From: Marsupella aquatica
Taxonomy: Eukaryota > Plantae > Marchantiophyta
Direction: 5' to 3'
Length of the DNA: 64,000 nt
NCBI GenBank assembly: GCA_973895155.1
Contig: OZ316891.1
Coordinates: forward strand, 18,749,048 to 18,813,047
Shown here: piece by piece, positions 37,971 through 48,829 of the stretch
Layout of the letters: every line of letters starts with the position of its first letter
Numbering within the stretch: the first letter of the stretch is position 1
Position numbers and translations under genes: made by a program
Notes under the pieces: model-generated
The model's input: the letters and a program-made list of their open reading frames with translations, nothing else
What the model was told of the DNA's origin: nothing
The model's database searches: none

Positions 37971-39829
37971 GGAAAATATGTCAATCTTGGAGACATTAGA
38001 AGCCATCTCTGCTTCTTGGATAGTGGTTTTACCTCTCCACACAGGACCATCCATTCACTCAGCATTTGTTCTGCAACCCCTCAACATCCATTCAACATAT
38101 ATTGAACAGTAGATTGATATTATGTAGCTTGCAACTACAAGCATCCTAGATAGAAGCATACCTTTAATCAATCTCTTGTTTGATAGTAGCTACAGCAAAT
38201 GGTGATACTTGAAGCCTGCTCCTTCCACAATCTTCACATGTGAATCCTGGTATATTGCTGAAGCTTCTCAGATGATTCCACTACATCCTAAGCCAATCCA
38301 ACCTGCAAGCTAGACAAGTCAAGAGCATATGAAAAGGCTGATTGAGGTTCAACTTCAAACAATTTGAGTTCAGCTAGAGCCACGGTCAGGGCATACCATA
38401 CGTCAACAACTACGTAATACTGGTTCCAAGTTATAGATGTTGAAGAGATCCTCTTGTTGGACAAGCTGCACAACAAGCCAAATGAATGTCACACAGGGTG
38501 GCAGACGAGAAACAACAGCGCCTAGGGATTCTGCTGTACCAAGGGCAAATCTCCTATTCCCCTACTTGGATCAATATTTCTAAGATAGGACCCAATTACA
38601 AATGCTTGGCTTGTTCTCTTAAAGGAGTGCAAAAGTAGCTATTCAAATTGACAATTTTTTTTTAATGAATGCAAGACAGGATGCAAAGGCTAAGAAGAAA
38701 AGAAGTTGAAGGCAGATTCTCATGTACAATGTAGGACATACTGTACATTTTTAACAACAACATGCACTATGCAAGTGTAGCCACACATAATTTTAGCATC
38801 ATCCACATGTAGCTAGACAAACCAATGAGTTGTAACATACATGCTGGACACAATATTAACTTAGCTTACAATAAGTTGAGTACTTAGTGTCAAATCTGTC
38901 TAATGCAAATGACTGTGACTTATTGGATAGCCTCAACTAACTTATACATTGACTGACTTATCAATCAACTTACTTATTCCTCGAGTGTTCTTTAATCCAA
39001 AACCAGTCTGAACATTCATTATGCACAAGATAGAGACACCAGCACTAAAACAGAATGACAAAACGGTGCCCCAAAAATCTTGATCAATCAATAGCTCACC
39101 TGCAGCCCACAATAAACTGCACCCTAGACTCACCTGATCTCACTCGCAGTGCCCACACTCGCCCCCAATCAATTGTAGCCACCTTGATCACAGCTCCAAC
39201 TTCAGCGCTCGCTTCAGCAGCCACCTAGCTTGATCTCAGCCCGCAACCACCTCTGTCAATCAAAGCCACAGCGCTCACGCCTCAATCAGCCTCAACTCTT
39301 GCTGCACCTCGATCACAACCATAGTCACCTCAGTCACAGCTCGAAGCAATGCCCAACTTGTATAGTATAAGCCAATTCCTTCCATTGCCTTGGAGGAACA
39401 ACCACACACTGCCTTCACCAAGAGCTAATAGTTATCAAAGTCTCCTAGACAAAGCAAAGGGAACTCAAGAGCAACAGAGAGAGGGAGATGATTGACAGTA
39501 CATACGAGAGTACATACTATTGAGCAAGGAAATCAAATTAGAATGAATCAAAGGAAGCAATTCAAAGCTAGTAGGACACTGAGGAAACTCCACCACAAGC
39601 ACTTGCAGATCTTATGACACGGCGCAACCCACCAACTGAGGTCAATCAGCTCCCTAGCTTGCGCCAAGTCCAGGCTCACCATGTAGAGTTGTTGCTCCTT
39701 TGATTGCAGCAGCTCGCATGGACGCAGTCACAATGCCCATTGCACCAAGCTTAGATTGCAGCTCAATTGATACACAGCACCCTGATACCACTTTCAGCTC
39801 GATCGATTAGTTGCTGCACCCAGTGACGA

Positions 39830-40150
39830 TCTTGAGCCACAGCTTGAGCATTCACCTTCAGCCACAGCCGCAACACCCACATTCAACCACATCACCCACA
39901 ATCAGCCGCAACATCAATCAACTGCAGCACCCACATTCAGCCAAAGCCCAAGCATTCACATTCAGCCACAACCACAACACCCACATTCAGCCACAACACC
40001 CACATTCAACCGCAACATCGATCAGCCCCAATGCAACACCCACATTCAGCCACAGCCTGACACAGCTGCAACACCCCTTAGATTGCTCAAAAACAGCCGC
40101 AGCACCCTCTAGTTCACAAAGGCAACATTCAGCCAAAGCTTGCACATAGC
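39830..40150. repeat. CA-rich minisatellite (cagccacaacacccacatt-like units)
   Basis: Repeated cagcc.caacacccacatt units, which account for the low-complexity H/Q/P/S ORF 39811-40149. Confidence 0.8.
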
Positions 40151-40883
40151 CGCAACTGTTCACGCATGCATTTTGTTACAAAAAATGAGGCAGCATCGTC
40201 CCAGGCTTTGTGCAGCCTTCATTTCCTTCAAGAAAAGACGAGGCAGCACCCAAACTTCACGAATGCATTTCCTTTGGAAAAATCACGAGGCAACACCCAA
40301 CGCCTACTCCGCGGCTCTCCCGATGCCTTCCCCTTCCCAAAACTTACAGGACATCTCCTGTCCAACGGTCAGACTACATTTGCCCTAAATGGCCAAGCAT
40401 TGTAAACCATTGGATGCGCTGACAAATGGATGGATGGACTTGCAATCCACCCAACACCAGGCCCTATAAACCAATGACTATTTGAATGACCCTAAAGGGT
40501 TCGACACTGCCCTAATCCTTCCCCTTCCCCCCCTCCCGGATCATCCACCTCCCGCCCATACAAATTTGTCCCTCAATGTCACCATGAAACCATGAAACCC
40601 TATAACCTGTTTTACATAAGGATGTGCCACATGGACCAATTATTAAGGGGCACATGTTCATCATATATGTCCCGGCCAAAAATGCCCTATCTTAAACTAC
40701 CAACTTAAGTTGAAGAAGTGGGATTTTTTGCACCCCTATTAGACTTCTAAGTTGTGATATGTATTTCGCAACCCCTATAATTCTTCTACAAAACTTACGT
40801 ACTCTGCAAAATTGAATTAAAAAACCCTATATTTATTCGGGCGTGATGGGTGTGGAAGTTAATTAAAAAGTGAGGACCCCAAG

Positions 40884-41238
40884 CTTTTCTTACCGACATC
40901 TTGGCTGACACAATATAGTTTTCTTAATGACACCTTGGGCGACATCTTGGCTGACACAATATAGTTTTCTTAATGACACCTTGGGCGACATGACGTATTT
41001 TTTATTAATGACATCTAGAGTGACACCACTTTTTTTTCTTAACTGCATCTTGGGCCACACAACATCTTTTGTTATTTAATGATATCTTGGGTGACATGGC
41101 ATTTTTTTCTTAATGAAGTTCAGGCAACACAACATCCCTTTTCTTAAGGACACGGGATTTTTTGTTTATTACATCTTGGGTGACATGACATTTTTTTATT
41201 CATGAGATCTGTGGTGTAACATATGGGTATTGAGCTAG
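40884..41238 (+). mobile_element. Helitron-derived element, 3' part with CTAG|T terminus
   Basis: gacatcttgg..gacac units (including an exact duplication at 40895-40990) end in ggtattgagCTAG|t (41235-41238), matching the end at 61336-61339. Confidence 0.7.
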
Positions 41239-41287
41239 TCAATAGAATAATAATATACAATGCTCTACATGAAATAAAGGTGACCTA

Positions 41288-41546
41288 AAATGTACACCCA
41301 CAGGCCACATCCACACATATGAAAACTACATTAAATCGGAGGGGCAGTTCACTAACTTCGAGTCTAGACTACGAAGTCCATCAGAATGCAATTTACGTTG
41401 ACAAATTGTACACCCACAGCCACACTAATTCAGGACTTACAGTCGCATGAAATCAGTCGCATGAAATGGGCTTGGAGAAAACTACGTTAAATCACAATAA
41501 AGGGGGAATGCTCACTAACTTCGAGTCTAAACTACAAAGTCCATCA
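41288..41546. repeat. Tandem duplication in the TauE gene 3' region
   Basis: tgtacacccacag..gaaaactac.ttaaatc..tcactaacttcgagtcta.actac.aagtccatca occurs twice (41288-41383, 41404-41546). Confidence 0.85.
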
Positions 41547-41556
41547 ATCTAAAACA

Positions 41557-43371
41557 TCAGCAAAAATTGTGGAATCCCATGTACTCTCCGGACATGTACT
41601 TCTCCCACACACCGAATCCTCCAAAACCCCCCATGAGTATAGAGCTCACACCCATCACGGCTGTAACCAAGAACACTATTATGGAGGCCCGATTGTATTT
41701 GTCTATAGCACGGTGCACGAGTATGACTCCAAAGCAGGAGAATATCGCGCAAAGGACTGCTGCAGAGAGAGCATAATCCAAAGGAACACGTCCCATGAGC
41801 CAAAATTGAACGACAGACATAGAAGAAGAAAAGAATACCATCGATGCACACGTCCCTGCTGTGACTTGCGGAATCATTCCCACAGTGAGCAGCAAGGGGT
41901 TGACGATCATCCCGCCTCCAATTCCCAACAAGCCACCCAACAGCCCCGCTATCAATGCCATCCATGCGAGCAGCGTCCAAGACTTTGGGGTCAGCACAAA
42001 CCCATCCTCTGGTTGTTGTACAATCTCAGTACCAAGATCCGCGTGATTGCTGATCGCCAAAATGCTTGCTGCATGAGAAGCTCGGAGACGTCTGATGGTC
42101 CAGCCCGTGATACTGAGGGCAAGAGGAATCTGAAGCAGAGTGAAAAGCCAGTATCCGAATCCACATGCCTTCAGTCCCAAAATGCTCTCATTTGAGCTAG
42201 AGCCTCGGAGCACTTGGATCAGAAAAAAAGCAAACCAGGTAAACCCGAGAGCGAGCCCCTTATCAACAGGAAAATAATGCCCTTGGGAACTTTCTTTTCG
42301 CTGCAGCAGCGGCTCAGACAACTTCCCTCCCTCTACCTCGGAGCCATTTTCCACCTGTACTTTCACAGCGCTACGACGACGATCTCTTTGAGATCTTTGG
42401 CTTCTGCTCTTCTGATTATTTTCCTCATCCTCATCCTTCTCTGTGATTGTCTCAGCTATGATAGAAGGACTATCAAAGTCATCATCGTCACTGGAAGAGG
42501 AGGAATTGTCAGTCGCATCCAGGTGGTCATGATGGAAGTCAGGAGCTGGAACGTATGGAATAGGACCACTGTTTTTCTCGTGGTCTGATGCTGCAGCTGC
42601 CGCAGCTACCTTCCGCTGACGATTCTGATTGCTTTCCTTCTTCCAACGCCGCAGGCCCCCCTTGAACGAGTGAATTGTCATGCACCCGAGAGTGACAGTC
42701 AGCAGAGCGGTGATCACCCAGTCCGGGAGAATGACGTTAAGGATCACACCGGTGCTGATTCCCAGCAGCATGTTTGGTTGGAGGAGTAGCACCACATCGA
42801 AATCGATCAGAGGCTTTTTGCGTGTATGGGGATGGTGCTGCCGGAGGTTTATCCACAAATTCGCCACGGAGCCGCCGAGGATCATGAAATTGGACAACGC
42901 CGCCGATGTTTTGGCGTCGAACTGGAGCAACAGATTGAAGAGCGGAACGAACAACCCTCCACCCCCGAGGCCCCCGGCGCTCGACAGCGCCGCCCCGATG
43001 CCCCCGAGAAACACAGCCAAGACCGTGCGCCATCCAAACTTCAGCTCCGGCCAGTTCTGCCCCGGCTTCTCGTCCGCTCGAAATCGCAACACCCGGCACG
43101 AAACGCTGCGCACCACTCCGAGCACAGAACTCCTTTCGACCAAATTAATGTCCTCTCTCAAACCGAACTCGTTGTTGGGTCGGAACAACTCGCCAGTACC
43201 GCTCTCTCGTAATGCAAACGGACCAGCAGCCTTCTCTGCGACCACAGCCACCGCGTCGTGAGTCGTCAACAGCAAGAACGCCACAGCAGTAATGCAGCAG
43301 CACCAGAATGAGGTGCAACATTTGACCGGCAGCCTGGAGGACACCACTCCTCTGCCAGACTTTCGATCCAT
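41557..43371 (-). CDS. Sulfite exporter TauE/SafE family membrane protein, intronless, ~604 aa
   Basis: Uninterrupted ORF with first ATG at 43371. Motifs SSAGGLGGGGLFVP, PLIDFDVVLLLQPNMLLGIS, GGLLGIGGGMIVNPLLL, PQVTAGTCASMVFFSSSMSVVQF and C-terminal YMGFHNFC are typical of plant TauE/SafE proteins. It has an N-terminal signal-like segment and a long acidic loop. Confidence 0.92.
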   Translation of the reverse strand: MDRKSGRGVVSSRLPVKCCTSFWCCCITAVAFLLLTTHDAVAVVAEKAAGPFALRESGTGELFRPNNEFGLREDINLVERSSVLGVVRSVSCRVLRFRADEKPGQNWPELKFGWRTVLAVFLGGIGAALSSAGGLGGGGLFVPLFNLLLQFDAKTSAALSNFMILGGSVANLWINLRQHHPHTRKKPLIDFDVVLLLQPNMLLGISTGVILNVILPDWVITALLTVTLGCMTIHSFKGGLRRWKKESNQNRQRKVAAAAAASDHEKNSGPIPYVPAPDFHHDHLDATDNSSSSSDDDDFDSPSIIAETITEKDEDEENNQKSRSQRSQRDRRRSAVKVQVENGSEVEGGKLSEPLLQRKESSQGHYFPVDKGLALGFTWFAFFLIQVLRGSSSNESILGLKACGFGYWLFTLLQIPLALSITGWTIRRLRASHAASILAISNHADLGTEIVQQPEDGFVLTPKSWTLLAWMALIAGLLGGLLGIGGGMIVNPLLLTVGMIPQVTAGTCASMVFFSSSMSVVQFWLMGRVPLDYALSAAVLCAIFSCFGVILVHRAIDKYNRASIIVFLVTAVMGVSSILMGGFGGFGVWEKYMSGEYMGFHNFC

Positions 43372-43556
43372 CCCGAAAGATCGTGATACATGAGCGAGCA
43401 CTCACTGCTCCGTGCTCCGAGCGGCTTGATCGATCATCGATCATGCAGGTGCTCTCATCACGAGAGTACGTTTGCTATCAAGCGTTGTTACATCAACAAA
43501 AGCAATTCTAAATTCGGCAATCTCAGACGATTCCGTCTCTCGACGAAGGTGGTCTC

Positions 43557-43645
43557 TCTTGGTCTCGTCTCGTTCTTCATGAAGGTGGAAGGTGATGGAT
43601 TTCTTGGTCTCGTCTCGTTCTTCATGAAGGTGGGTGGTGATGGAT
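43557..43645. repeat. 45-bp tandem duplication in the TauE 5' leader
   Basis: tcttggtctcgtctcgttcttcatgaaggtgg..ggtgatggat at 43557 and 43602. Confidence 0.9.
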
Positions 43646-43936
43646 CCTTCGCCTTCTTTCCTTCTTTTTCTTGTCCGTTCTATTCGCTCGTTCGCAGCAA
43701 AGTTCCGCAGAATCCTCGTCACGAATATTTCTCTCGTCATACTCATGCTGGGGATCTAGAATTAAAGCCAGGTTCATGCATCTGAGAGGTATTGTGTTCT
43801 CGTCGGAGACGATCTGGACCTTTGCTTTAAGGTTTATCTATAGGACCGCCTTGGAGCCTGATTTGCAGCTATGGATTGTAGAGTAGGGTCTCCAGGTGCC
43901 TTCCCTCTGGCCATCCCAGCCCATAATTGATCAGTA

Positions 43937-44916
43937 CCGTTTTTAACTAAACTTTCCCCCAAACTTTCCCCAAACTGACCATAATTATTAATCTGTTCCC
44001 CCACCTATATAATTCTTTAATCCCACCCCCTTTTTTTATATAGGTTTACTTTTAACTATTGTACTTAACCCAAAGTTGTTCCCTATTGGTCACATGACAC
44101 ACCACAAGGTGCTATTGGTTGCGCCAAACCCTGGTGTGTTCTACCCTTAACCAGGCTGACTCCTTCCAGTCATGACCCACTCATGACCTGGGCTGGCTCC
44201 CTCATGGTGCAGTAGGGCATTCCCGACCCCGGCTTCCTCCCCGCCCTGATGCACCTGCAAAGGCAGGCCGAATGATAGGGCCGTCCTGTCCTTCACTTTG
44301 CAACTGGCAGGCCCAAATGCGGGTGATGCTACATGTACACATAAAAATTGTGTACATTTTTGTGCATCTTTTCCTTCAGAGAAAAGAGAAAATTGGAGTC
44401 GAGGCCGTTGAGGTTCAGCTTTTTTTTTGTTGGGAGCGAGGGGGTGCGGAAGGGGTGGCCCTGTTATCAAGCCTGCCGGTGGGAGTACGTTGGGTGATGT
44501 TTGTGGGGAGCCAGGGTGAGCTTTCCGGGATACAGCCGGGAGTATTTTTAAAACCGGACATTTTGAAGGAAAGGGGGCACAAAGGGAAGGGAGGGACGGC
44601 CCTGTCGTCGGGCCTGGCTTGTGGGTGCATCAGGGCGGGAGGAGCCCGGGTCAGGGCTACCCTATTGCAACGTGAGCGAGCCGGTCCGGTACTCCCTAAA
44701 TTGTCATGAAGGAAGGAGGACTTCATCAGTTAGGGTAGAACAGTCCAGGGTTCAGTGCGCCCAATAGCACCTTGCCAAATGACATTGGGTTAAGTACAAT
44801 AGTTAATTAAAGTAAATCCATATATGAAAAGGGGGTTGACTTAGGAATTAAAATAGTTTGGGGGACATACTGATGATTATGGTCAGTTTTGGGGATAGGT
44901 TACTAGTAAAAAATGT
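43937..44916. mobile_element. ~1-kb non-autonomous foldback/MITE element with ~200-bp terminal inverted repeats
   Basis: The left arm (ccccaaactgaccataat, taactattgtacttaacccaa, caaggtgctattgg, tgttctaccct; 43937-44150) is the reverse complement of the right arm (44727-44916). The left end TA|CCGTTTTT is suggestive of Tc1/mariner-pogo. The interior is GC-rich with no recognisable protein. Confidence 0.8.
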
Positions 44917-45766
44917 TTTACCCCTAAAGCTCACATCACCATCAAGGCGTCTCAAAGCTTCACAGAGAGTCTCAAAACTTCATAGTTATAGTTGTGAAGT
45001 ATGGCTGTTGGCCATACACAAAAATGGCCATAGCTTTTTCACAGGGTTCATATGTAAAAATGTGCTTTTTTCACTAGCCTTTAGAGTGACTTATGGTCAT
45101 GGTATATGACCAATATGGATCATGAATTTGGTAGTTCAGAATGTTTTCTGTCCAGACCCGAGCTACTAAGTTGAAGTCCATCAAATTTTGAGATCTGTGA
45201 CCCCCTACTCTGACCACTGCACCCCTCACCCCAAGCCTTCCCAATGGCCATCAGAACTCATAATTTACTCGTCCCAGCCCAGCTTATGATGTCCCCTTTA
45301 TTATTAGCAAAAAGTTATAATGTTACTGCTCCATTGGTTTTTATTTTATTGACAAATTTGCCATGCCCTTAAACCATGTTAACTCAGGCTAGTTACAAAC
45401 CCATTTACGGCTCTTGTTCCCTACGAACACACTGTGTGGACGCCAGGATTGTACAAGTTCCCAAGGTGTCATTTTTGGCTGCCCAATACCGGCCCTCACT
45501 CTCTCTATTGCCAAATTTGATTGGACTACCAAATTCACTATCAATAACTTTATGCCATAAAGATGGGTTGTACGCCATGAACATATGGATGTGTATGCTT
45601 GAGGGGACCCCTGGCAAAATATTTTTACCTGATAGGACCCTTCACAATTGTTACCAACTAGGACCCCTTTGAAGCTTTTGTGTCATAAGTTCTAGTTTTT
45701 GCTAGGGATTTTGCTTGCTACTGTGACCAATAACAGCTACTGTGAAATTCAAGGTTAATAGTGCCT

Positions 45767-45849
45767 AAACCACAAACTGCACTGTCAAAGCAAAAAAAAA
45801 CAAAAAAACAAAAAAACAAAAAAAACCACAAACTGCACTGTCAAAGCAA
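45767..45849 (+). repeat. 27-bp direct repeat flanking a 29-nt A-rich (A7C)n tract
   Basis: aaaccacaaactgcactgtcaaagcaa at 45767-45793 and 45823-45849. Confidence 0.9.
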
Positions 45850-46456
45850 GGCCCAACATCATGTTTTTAAAAAGTGGTTGAACTTGTAAGGATTTCTCCT
45901 AGTTTGTCAATCTTCACAGGATAAAGTAGCAAGGACTGCCAGATCTCCCCTAAATGAAAGAGAGCTTATAATTGGGTCCAATAACATGCTTCTTTAGGTC
46001 CAAAGCTCCAAAGCTCCAATTGCATTCTTGCTGTCATTGGCCTACTAAATTTCTGTTTAAGACAACCGACGGAGGGAAATCCTAAAGCTTGTAATTTCAC
46101 CAGGAAAGGGAAATGTTCTAGGTGGGTTTCAAAATAGGTTGACTTGATAGTTTTGGAAGGGAGGGAGTTAGGTATGTACTGATGTTCATAGTGGAACTTA
46201 CTTGAGTCTTTTGTCTTGTAGCAATCAAAACTGAATTTCATTCCATCTAAATTGGCTATAGAAAATATATGTTTTCTTGAAACCACTGTATTAATTGTGG
46301 TCGTGCAAGTGAAGGGGTGGTATATATGGGAGTCAGGAGGAAGAATCAGTAAAAAACTAGTGGCAGAAACTGAGTGGTGCTCATATTTGGTTTATCAGTT
46401 ACTGCTAGGTACCCAACACAATTCACGACGAAAGACATCTTCGAGGCTCATAATGA

Positions 46457-46749
46457 GCCTCCCGTACCTTTTCGCCGCCCACTGCCCACACCTGCTGCCC
46501 ACATCTTCTTCTCGCTCATATTTTTTCTAAGTGTAAGTAGAAGGTGAATGATCCCCACTTTTGGGTGGGGTGATTGACAAAAATCACACATTGTCACTAG
46601 CAGGATTCGAACCAGGAACCTGCCCCGTGCCAGTGAGTTAATTCTACCACCAAGACCAGGGTCAGCTGGTGTCCAGAATGACTCGCCCTAGGTATTTATC
46701 CTAATTCAAACTTCCGTAATACTGGGCAGCGGGCAGCAAGGTACGGGGC
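46457..46749. mobile_element. ~290-bp MITE (Tourist-like) enclosing a tRNA-derived sequence
   Basis: Left gcctcccgtaccttttcgccgcccactgccca versus right tgggcagcgggcagcaaggtacggggc form an imperfect ~30-bp inverted repeat. Flanks TGA / TAA. Confidence 0.6.
46593..46665 (-). pseudogene. tRNA-Gly(GCC)-like pseudogene / SINE-head-like sequence with A and B boxes
   Basis: Minus strand TGGTCTTGGTGGTAGAATTAACTCACTGGCACGGGGCAGGTTCCTGGTTCGAATCCTGCTAGTGACA aligns by eye with plant tRNA-Gly (TGGTCTAGTGGTAGAATAGTACCCTGCCACGGTACAGACCCGGGTTCGATTCCCGGCTGGTGCA, recalled). The B box GGTTCGAATCC is intact; the acceptor and anticodon stems are broken. Confidence 0.65.
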
Positions 46750-48829
46750 TAATCAATGATAATCTTCGACAGCCTAATGATGAAACCTTAGAAATGGAAG
46801 TACTTAGTGACCTGATTGTTGGCTGAACTATCTGATGACATGATGGGGGCCCAAAAAAGCCCCAACGACACTTTAGTAAAAAATACATACTGATTGCAAT
46901 ACGGGACTAAAATACTGGACTACAATAATGGACTTCTATACAATTTACGTTGTTCTAAGAAGACCAAAACAAAATCCAATGTATTGTATATAGTCTTTGT
47001 ATTCAGGCAAGATGATGATGGCTTACGTAGGCAGAGGAAAGCCATGTCTTTTGTCTTGATTTCATTCTTTTGTTCTTTTTCACTTTGTTCAGCCTAATGT
47101 GACCAAACCCCTTTTGGTCACGGGCATGGTTTAATAAGTACCTGTGTGTGATATTAGTTTAGAGTAGAAAGTTAAAATAAAAATACTCCACTAATTAATA
47201 GCAAATATCTAGAAGGATGCTCTTACATCCAGAGTATCCCCAACTTTGTTCAATTATGATTTCTGGGTGCAATCATTACGTATCCAGTCCGACAACATTC
47301 TTAGTTTTGTTCACTTTAAGTGACTATCATGGCCAACTAAAAAGGAGCCCAACCCTGACTAGATAATAATATCCCTAGAGAGTAGAGATCAACAACTAAC
47401 TTATATGGATTGAAATCTTGAAACCCCAGCAACTAACCCACCTGAAAGTTACTGTAGCTATTCTATAATCTGTTAGGGATTCCAAAAGCAATGTCCCTAG
47501 AAACCCAGTAGCTGTCCAGTGAATTGGTTTGGAATCCACTTTTTTGCATTTTCTTCACTGGGTTGATCAACACCCAGATAACCTGACCAAACCAAGTAGG
47601 CTTGGAGATGTTCTAAGCTGGTGCAAGTACATAGAGAAGTAGACATGGCTTCCTTAAGAAATAGCTTATCCGGGGGCTTATCCCATAATTCTACTAGGAC
47701 ATGGAATTCTGTTCAAGAAGATATTCCATATCGTTTACACAAACTTGTTGTTGGGAAGCGGAAACAAAAGCCCGCATGGACTGAGACATTTTCCCTGCCC
47801 ATCCCCATGGACTGTGTAAAGCAATCAACGGTTTTACGCGAAAAAGAAAAAGGAACTGGTCGCAGATTGCAGTTGACGAGTTTGACTACATTGGGGAAAA
47901 AGTAGTCAAGAAGTCATGGTGATCATGAGCAATGGCATGATGTCTTGATGTCTTTCAGGTTCAAGGTTGTCATACTCAAGTTATTGAGGAAACCGGTTTG
48001 TTAATGTGATTGAAACCGGCTGCAAACAGTAAGAAGACCGTTTATAGATCACATTTTAGTCAAATGTGTAAACACATTATCTGAAAGTCCATCCAGTCAA
48101 GCTTTGCCAGTCCATCTGGGCTTCATAGACAAAGTGGAGGTCCATCTGGACTTTAGTTTATGGGAATAGAGCATCCAAGCAATTGCAAATTATAGTAGTT
48201 AGATGTGTTGTACAGACAAATAGTGATTCAAAATAGAAACAAGTTTAAAGAACTCATTTTGGAAAGCACCCATGACCTCCAAATGTTAGCAGTGGAACAT
48301 GCTAGCTGACCCTTGTTAGCTAATGGAGTAGCTAATGTTACAAGCATTCCTGTGCTTAGATAGTTTTTGGAGAGGACACATGCTCAACTAATTTAAGGAG
48401 TAGATTCATGTGCTGCCTTGTGCTCTGCTAACTGAAACCCTACTGTCCTAAAATGAGGCCAATCTACAGTTGGACCTCAATCTTTGTCTAGTGCATTGGA
48501 CCTCAGTCTTTCTCTACTGGAGTAAGTTTGTATACTTGTTCTTTTGTTGTTGTGGGGGACTCTTGTATTGTTGGTCCTCTTTAGTTTTCTTCATGCTTTT
48601 TCCTCTTCCTCTTTCCTCCCTTTATTTATAGTGTCTCAATAGTCTGCAGCCGTACCAGGATAACGTCTATCTATAACTCAAGAGTTATGGGAGCTCCCGT
48701 AAACATTATGGGAGCCAATCTTCGGCTATCATAAGGAAAGCCCGCAGGCTCAACACTTAGCTCATAACTTTTCCCCAACTTTAGGTGCAAATCCAGAAAA
48801 CCAAAAATGAACAAAGCCTTGATTGAAGG

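Larger units (their letters stand above)
32750..40883 (-). mobile_element. 8.1-kb TIR DNA transposon, P-element/THAP9-like, decayed, carrying a second PHD-finger gene
   Basis: Left CTCGGGGGCCTCAGT (32750-32764) versus reverse complement of the right end CTTGGGGTCCTCACT (40869-40883), 12/15. Flanks ATTTTCTT (32742-32749) and CTTTTCTT (40884-40891) give a 7/8 candidate TSD. The same minisatellite lies on both sides, and there is an internal transposase remnant. Confidence 0.6.

Noticed and set aside
39781-39790. PBS-like TGGTATCAGG on the minus strand
   Set aside because: No adjacent LTR pair or gag-pol remnant is present, so it is probably chance.
41569-43261. Long plus-strand ORFs (208, 124, 193, 128 aa) opposite the TauE gene
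   Set aside because: These are antisense shadows of a GC-rich coding sequence with no recognisable motifs.
46593-46665. Functional tRNA gene
   Set aside because: The acceptor and anticodon stems do not pair properly, so it is kept only as a tRNA-derived sequence.
47100-48600. Possible solo LTR or other repeat remnant
   Set aside because: No TG..CA boundaries with TSD or second copy could be identified.
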